DNA of 64,000 nucleotides from Yuukianura sp. NJ FZ-2021 (Eukaryota): NCBI GenBank assembly GCA_046563655.1, contig CM102289.1, positions 1,612,001 to 1,676,000 of the forward strand, read 5' to 3'. Shown piece by piece: positions 59,310 to 64,000 of this stretch (position 1 is its first letter; each line of letters starts with the position of its first letter). The notes under the pieces were generated by a model. It saw only the letters and a program-made list of their open reading frames with translations, ran no database searches and was not told where the DNA came from. The position numbers and the translations under genes were made by a program.

Positions 59310-61773
59310 ATGCATCTTTCCTGGTTAAAATATTTTGTCAGTATGGCTCTACTCGTACCACCAAATTGCATAGATTCGAACGCTACCTTCCACATTTTGA
59401 ATTTAAACGAGCTGATCAGTCAGTTTCCACACAGTGAGAACTTAGTAATTGCTGAAAACGATCGTGAAATACATATTACTGAAAGCTTTCATGTACCTAT
59501 ACAGTTATACTATATGTGGCACAAGGATGGAAATTGTGAAGGCATTTATACCGATTTCCGAAATTTAGACAGCAAACACATCATTGACAAAAAGTTGAAC
59601 AGTTTGGAAGTTTTTCTCTTATTTCCGAAAAGTGTTTGCAAAAAACTGGAATACAGAGGCATGTCCAATTCTTGCTTCAAATCAAACTATGCCGGTTTCA
59701 AAGCCGTAACTAGTCGCGGCAAGAGGAGATGGTTTGGAGTTTCAATTCATGTTGTTGATCACAACGACTCATCTAGAGTTGTGCTTAGCCGGTTAGTGAG
59801 TTATGCCAACTACAAATTCTTATTCTTTCACAAACTCACTTCCAACGGTTCTCAACATGCATATGATGGAGAAAAAACACCGGTTGAAATTACCACAATA
59901 TCGTTTTTCTATGAACAGGAAAAATTTACTCAAAATTATATGAAAAACTGGCAGATAATGAACACAACTGAAGCACTACGGTTGCAACGAATTCGACAAA
60001 TGATCCCAAATGTAACAAAAGTTGCACGCAATGTATTGAAGTATCCTGAAATTCCATTTTGGCCTAAAACAATTGCAAATGGATTTACAAAACTAGAGCC
60101 CACAAAAGTTCTAAATCCTTTTAAAGCGCATGAATTTGCCCCAATTTCGTTAAAACTTGCTGATTATATGGCCCTTCACATCTTGGAAAAACCAGAAATT
60201 ATTGCTGACGTTTCTACCTACTCCCAAGGTTTAGCAAAGCCTTTGAATATAGACGATTGGTATATTTCTAGATCTCTGAGTATTCCTACTATTTTAGCTA
60301 AGCCATACAGTGCACATTTTGTTCCCGTCAAAGCAGAAAATATAAGTTTCTTGACATGCGATGGTGTAACGGATATGCTCAGTTTTAAAATGTATATCAA
60401 ACCTTATGACACGTACTCTTGGGGTGCGGCCTTAGCAACCGCAAGTTTACTAATATTTTTTGCTACGTTGGTCACCTACGTCTACGCACCTACACCCGCG
60501 CAGTGGCAAAATTTTGTTTCAGTTTGTGTCGATTTCCTTTTTGTATTCTACGGCAGTCTGTTTGAAGTGTGTTCTGAACCACGGCAAAACATAGCAAAGA
60601 AGCACACAATCTCTGTACTTACTTTATGGTTTTTGTTAACTGTAATCATTACTAATGCATACAAGGGATTGGTTGTTTCCTATTTGACCACTGCAAAACC
60701 CTTTACACAAATGTACCATAGATTGAATCAGCTAGAAGACTTTGTAGTATTGTGCGACGGTAAGTCTTATACTTATTTATTCTCAACAAGAGATAGTAAG
60801 GCAGAACAAAGTGTTTACCACGGCCTAGAGGTTAAAGCCGTGGAACTGTTGTCACTTTTTCTCTGTGAATGCAACGAACAACACAAACAGGAAACAGATC
60901 TACTTCCACTTGATTCAATTTCAAGTCCTATTTCTGGAAATGTTGCTTTGAAGCGAATAGCAGAGTTTACAAAATCCCCAAACTTTAAATGCATAGACGT
61001 TCCATATGAAAGGAAAAGCTATTTGGAACGAAGGGAAGTTTGCAGCGACGAATTCAGATATTATGAGCATCCTGAAAAACTTAACAAGTCGTTCATAGAT
61101 ACGTTCATCCGGCCTAAGTTACCTAACAAATTCATACATGGAAAGCTCAAGGCCATGAGCTACATTTTATCAGACTATCCTGATATCAAATCCGGCCTTA
61201 CCAGACTTGTCGAACTTGCTACGCACTGCTCTAAAGTCGCCCTATTATCAACAGACTTTATGCTAGATTTATTTTTGGCGCACTATGAAAACATTGTGCA
61301 ATCCAATGTTGTCTCTACGGTGCAAGAACGTGTACATTTCCGTAAAAGGCACTGAACCAGTTGGCACACGTACACTAGGATACAATGTACACGCACCGTG
61401 GGAGCATACGAGGCTACTCCATATAATGTCCTCTGGGATTTACAATGTATGGGAAAAGTGGTTCCCCATCACTAGACCTAGTGAACAAGACAATATTGTG
61501 CGTGAACATGAAAAAACTAAAGCGCCAGGACATTTGCCCGAGAAATTGCGTTTAACTGGAAACATCATTACATGCTTCTACATTCTGCTGTGTGGTTTGG
61601 CATGTTGCATTTTAGCACTTGCTTATGAAGTGAAACCTATCGTGTATACATACATACGGGTTTTAGTAAAACGTGTATATAGGAGGCTTCGAATCGCTGT
61701 TGTAAAACGCAGTATATTGAAAACTAAAGTTTTCAAGTCTCCTTACAAACCGAAGGTGGTTCATGCAATATAA
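59310..61773 (+). CDS. More distant divergent ionotropic receptor, frame break near 61300-61330
   Basis: Signal peptide MHLSWLK, ISFLTCDG, YIKPYDTYSW, IITNAYKGLVVSYLT. SSGIYNVW and M4 KLRLTGNIITCFYILLCGLACCILALAYE lie in a second frame. Confidence 0.75.
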
Positions 61774-63512
61774 GTAGCAACGCATACGTAGTATCTAACT
61801 AAATCTGAAAAGCATTGCAATTTATAGCCATACCCAAATTTATATTATATATATATATATAAAATATTTATATTATAATATCGCACGATGTTACGCGATT
61901 TTGCTGTTGAAGACAAAAATATGGATGACGTGCATATAACTGTATAATCTTAGTGTACCACAACTGCGCAAGTTGTGCGTCAGCGTTCTCTTAGCAATTA
62001 ATTTGAATTGTAGGGGTTAATTGCAATTGTTGTGTGTGAAATTGGGGGTGATAGAGACTTTTTCCAAGGAGTGTCATGGTTGCATGGTATTTTTCATTCT
62101 GTTTTCGGTTGAGAAACTGGGGCGGACGCGGAACAATGGATGGGCGTAGCATTTTGGTCGAATGTCTCTCCGTGTCTTGTGGCCCTTTCTGCACACTCTC
62201 TCCGTTACAATTCCTTAACTTAATTTGGAGAGAACCGCAACAATGGAAAAATCAAGAAAAAGCGAAATTGGGTAGACAAAGAACAGAAAATGTTAAGGTA
62301 GAGACTAGTCGTAAGAGTGTTGCGAATCCTAACAGGCAGGCTCAAAGTTCTGATTTTCACTAAAAACCCTAAATCATTTCCAACTTTCTAGATTTGTTTA
62401 GTTTTAATTGTTCAATTTAACAAAGCGCAGACTTATCGTTTTCGAAAAAACATTTCCTAACCAGTCTACATTACTCCATCAAAGAAAACACAATCACAGT
62501 CCTTTTTTCAAAGTTTTATTAAAAACTGAATCAGTTACAACTGCTTGATTCCTTCTTGTTTTGCATGGAGTTGAACTTTAAGTGAAAACGATTAAATTTT
62601 GAAATTTGGAAGGTGATTTTGAAAACGTGAAGAAAGTGGTGACTCTATTTCGAAATGTGACTTTAGACGAATAAGTGAAGTTCTACCTGTCGAAATGATA
62701 CTAAAAACTGATGTGTACACACTACAAAAAATATTTTGAATTAGTTTATTCATGGATCTGGAATTAGCCATTCCATACTAAGGTGAGTCCTCAAAATTGA
62801 AATAAACTCAAATCATAGCTTTTAAAATTTACTTGTAAAAATTCTTTTTAAAAGTTTCAGTTTTAAGTTTTACATATCTTGGAAAAAATTATGAAAAATG
62901 ACGATCCGGAAGCAATTTTTAAAGAATGAAAGAGATAACAGTATAAACGTAACAGCGTAATCTTTTTGTCAAATCTTTCTGCTTCAAAATCTCTTTGCAT
63001 AAACTGAAAATTATGAAACCAAAAAACTAAAAAGTTGCTGAACTTTGTTTTAACATTATGGGAAGTCCATTGTGAGTGAAAAGCAGCGCTAATAATACTT
63101 AGTACTTTGTAATGAGATCACTCAAAGCCAACACAGAGAAGGTCAAACTTCCGCCACAACAGGAATCCAACAACGTCTAATTTGGGCTAAGAATCTCTGA
63201 ATTCAGCGAACCATGAATTGCAAAAAATTGCAGAAACCAAACCATTTTTGCAATTCTGAAAAAACTAGACTAAAAGTGTTTAAATTTGTGATGGTCAGAT
63301 GCTTGTCCTTTACAACTCAATAACCCAGTTTTCAATAGAAATGGTGCAACTCCTGATGCTTGAGTAACCATATAATATTGCATGTTGTAAAACTCAAAGT
63401 AATTATACCCAATTCAACCAGGCTTAACCCACCTAAACTAAATTTAACACAACCTGAATAGGTTAGCCTAGTTAATATAACCTAACAAATTACTACTGTA
63501 ACTTGCAGGAGC

Positions 63513-64000
63513 ATGCATCCAGGAGTACAAGTGGCAGTATTGATGCTATTGCTTGGACTTACTCATATTAGCATTGTAAGTGCCAACCGATGTCCGCTTC
63601 CAGAAGATATCATGCCATGTCGATGTCGTGGACGAAACGACCAGATACAAATGTGGTGCAGTCACTCGAATCTGGACAGGGTCAATGGTGCACTGGAGAA
63701 TTTAATGCGTCTGCGCAGCATGCCTGCAATCGATGAACTCATTGTGGAGAACAACAAAATGCCACTTTTGCCAGCACGAGCCTTTGGAGCACTCAGGGTA
63801 AAATTTTCCAAGTTTTTCAAGAATTTAACTCTAATGTGGATTGAATTTACGTCAGTTTTGATTTTGAAATTACTCCTTTTTTAAAAGAAAGTTTTGTGTT
63901 TTGAAATTTTTGAAATTGTGTTTATGGTTTCCTTTGTTTTCGGCTAGATTGGTCGTCTGCTTCTGCGTAACAATGGACTGGAGTCAATTTCACGCAACGC
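63513..64000 (+). CDS. atk: Secreted/cell-surface LRR protein, artichoke/chaoptin-like, 5' part (exons 63513-63797, 63948->64000)
   Basis: Signal peptide, LRRNT CPLPEDIMPCRC..QIQMWCSHSNL, first LRRs IDELIVENNKMPLLPARAF / LLLRNNGLESIS. Symbol assigned from recall of the family N-terminus. Confidence 0.65.

Overview
AT-rich eukaryotic genomic DNA with short GT-AG introns, from an invertebrate. The receptor and OAS/VMO-I gene types suggest a non-insect hexapod such as a springtail (inference). Contents in order: (1) four tandem two-exon GR-like 7TM chemoreceptor genes (family A, 1-14143), one disrupted by a pogo element and one with a MITE in its splice donor; (2) three C2H2 zinc-finger genes plus a deleted relic, all sharing a C-terminal E[IL]R[IL]xLxR[VI]D motif, an EcKL kinase gene with a frame break, and CCDC177; (3) a ~9 kb block holding a ResIII-type SF2 helicase, an MS4A/CD20-like 4TM gene, an OAS-family nucleotidyltransferase and a VMO-I lectin fused to an aerolysin-like domain, which may be an innate-immune cluster; (4) a tandemly amplified head-to-head cassette of GR-like (family B, minus strand) and intronless divergent ionotropic receptor genes (plus strand), with mosaic copies and Harbinger, Sola and Tc1/mariner insertions; (5) the 5' end of an artichoke-like LRR gene. 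No rRNA, tRNA or CRISPR array was seen. Family names come from motif recognition by eye, not from database searches.
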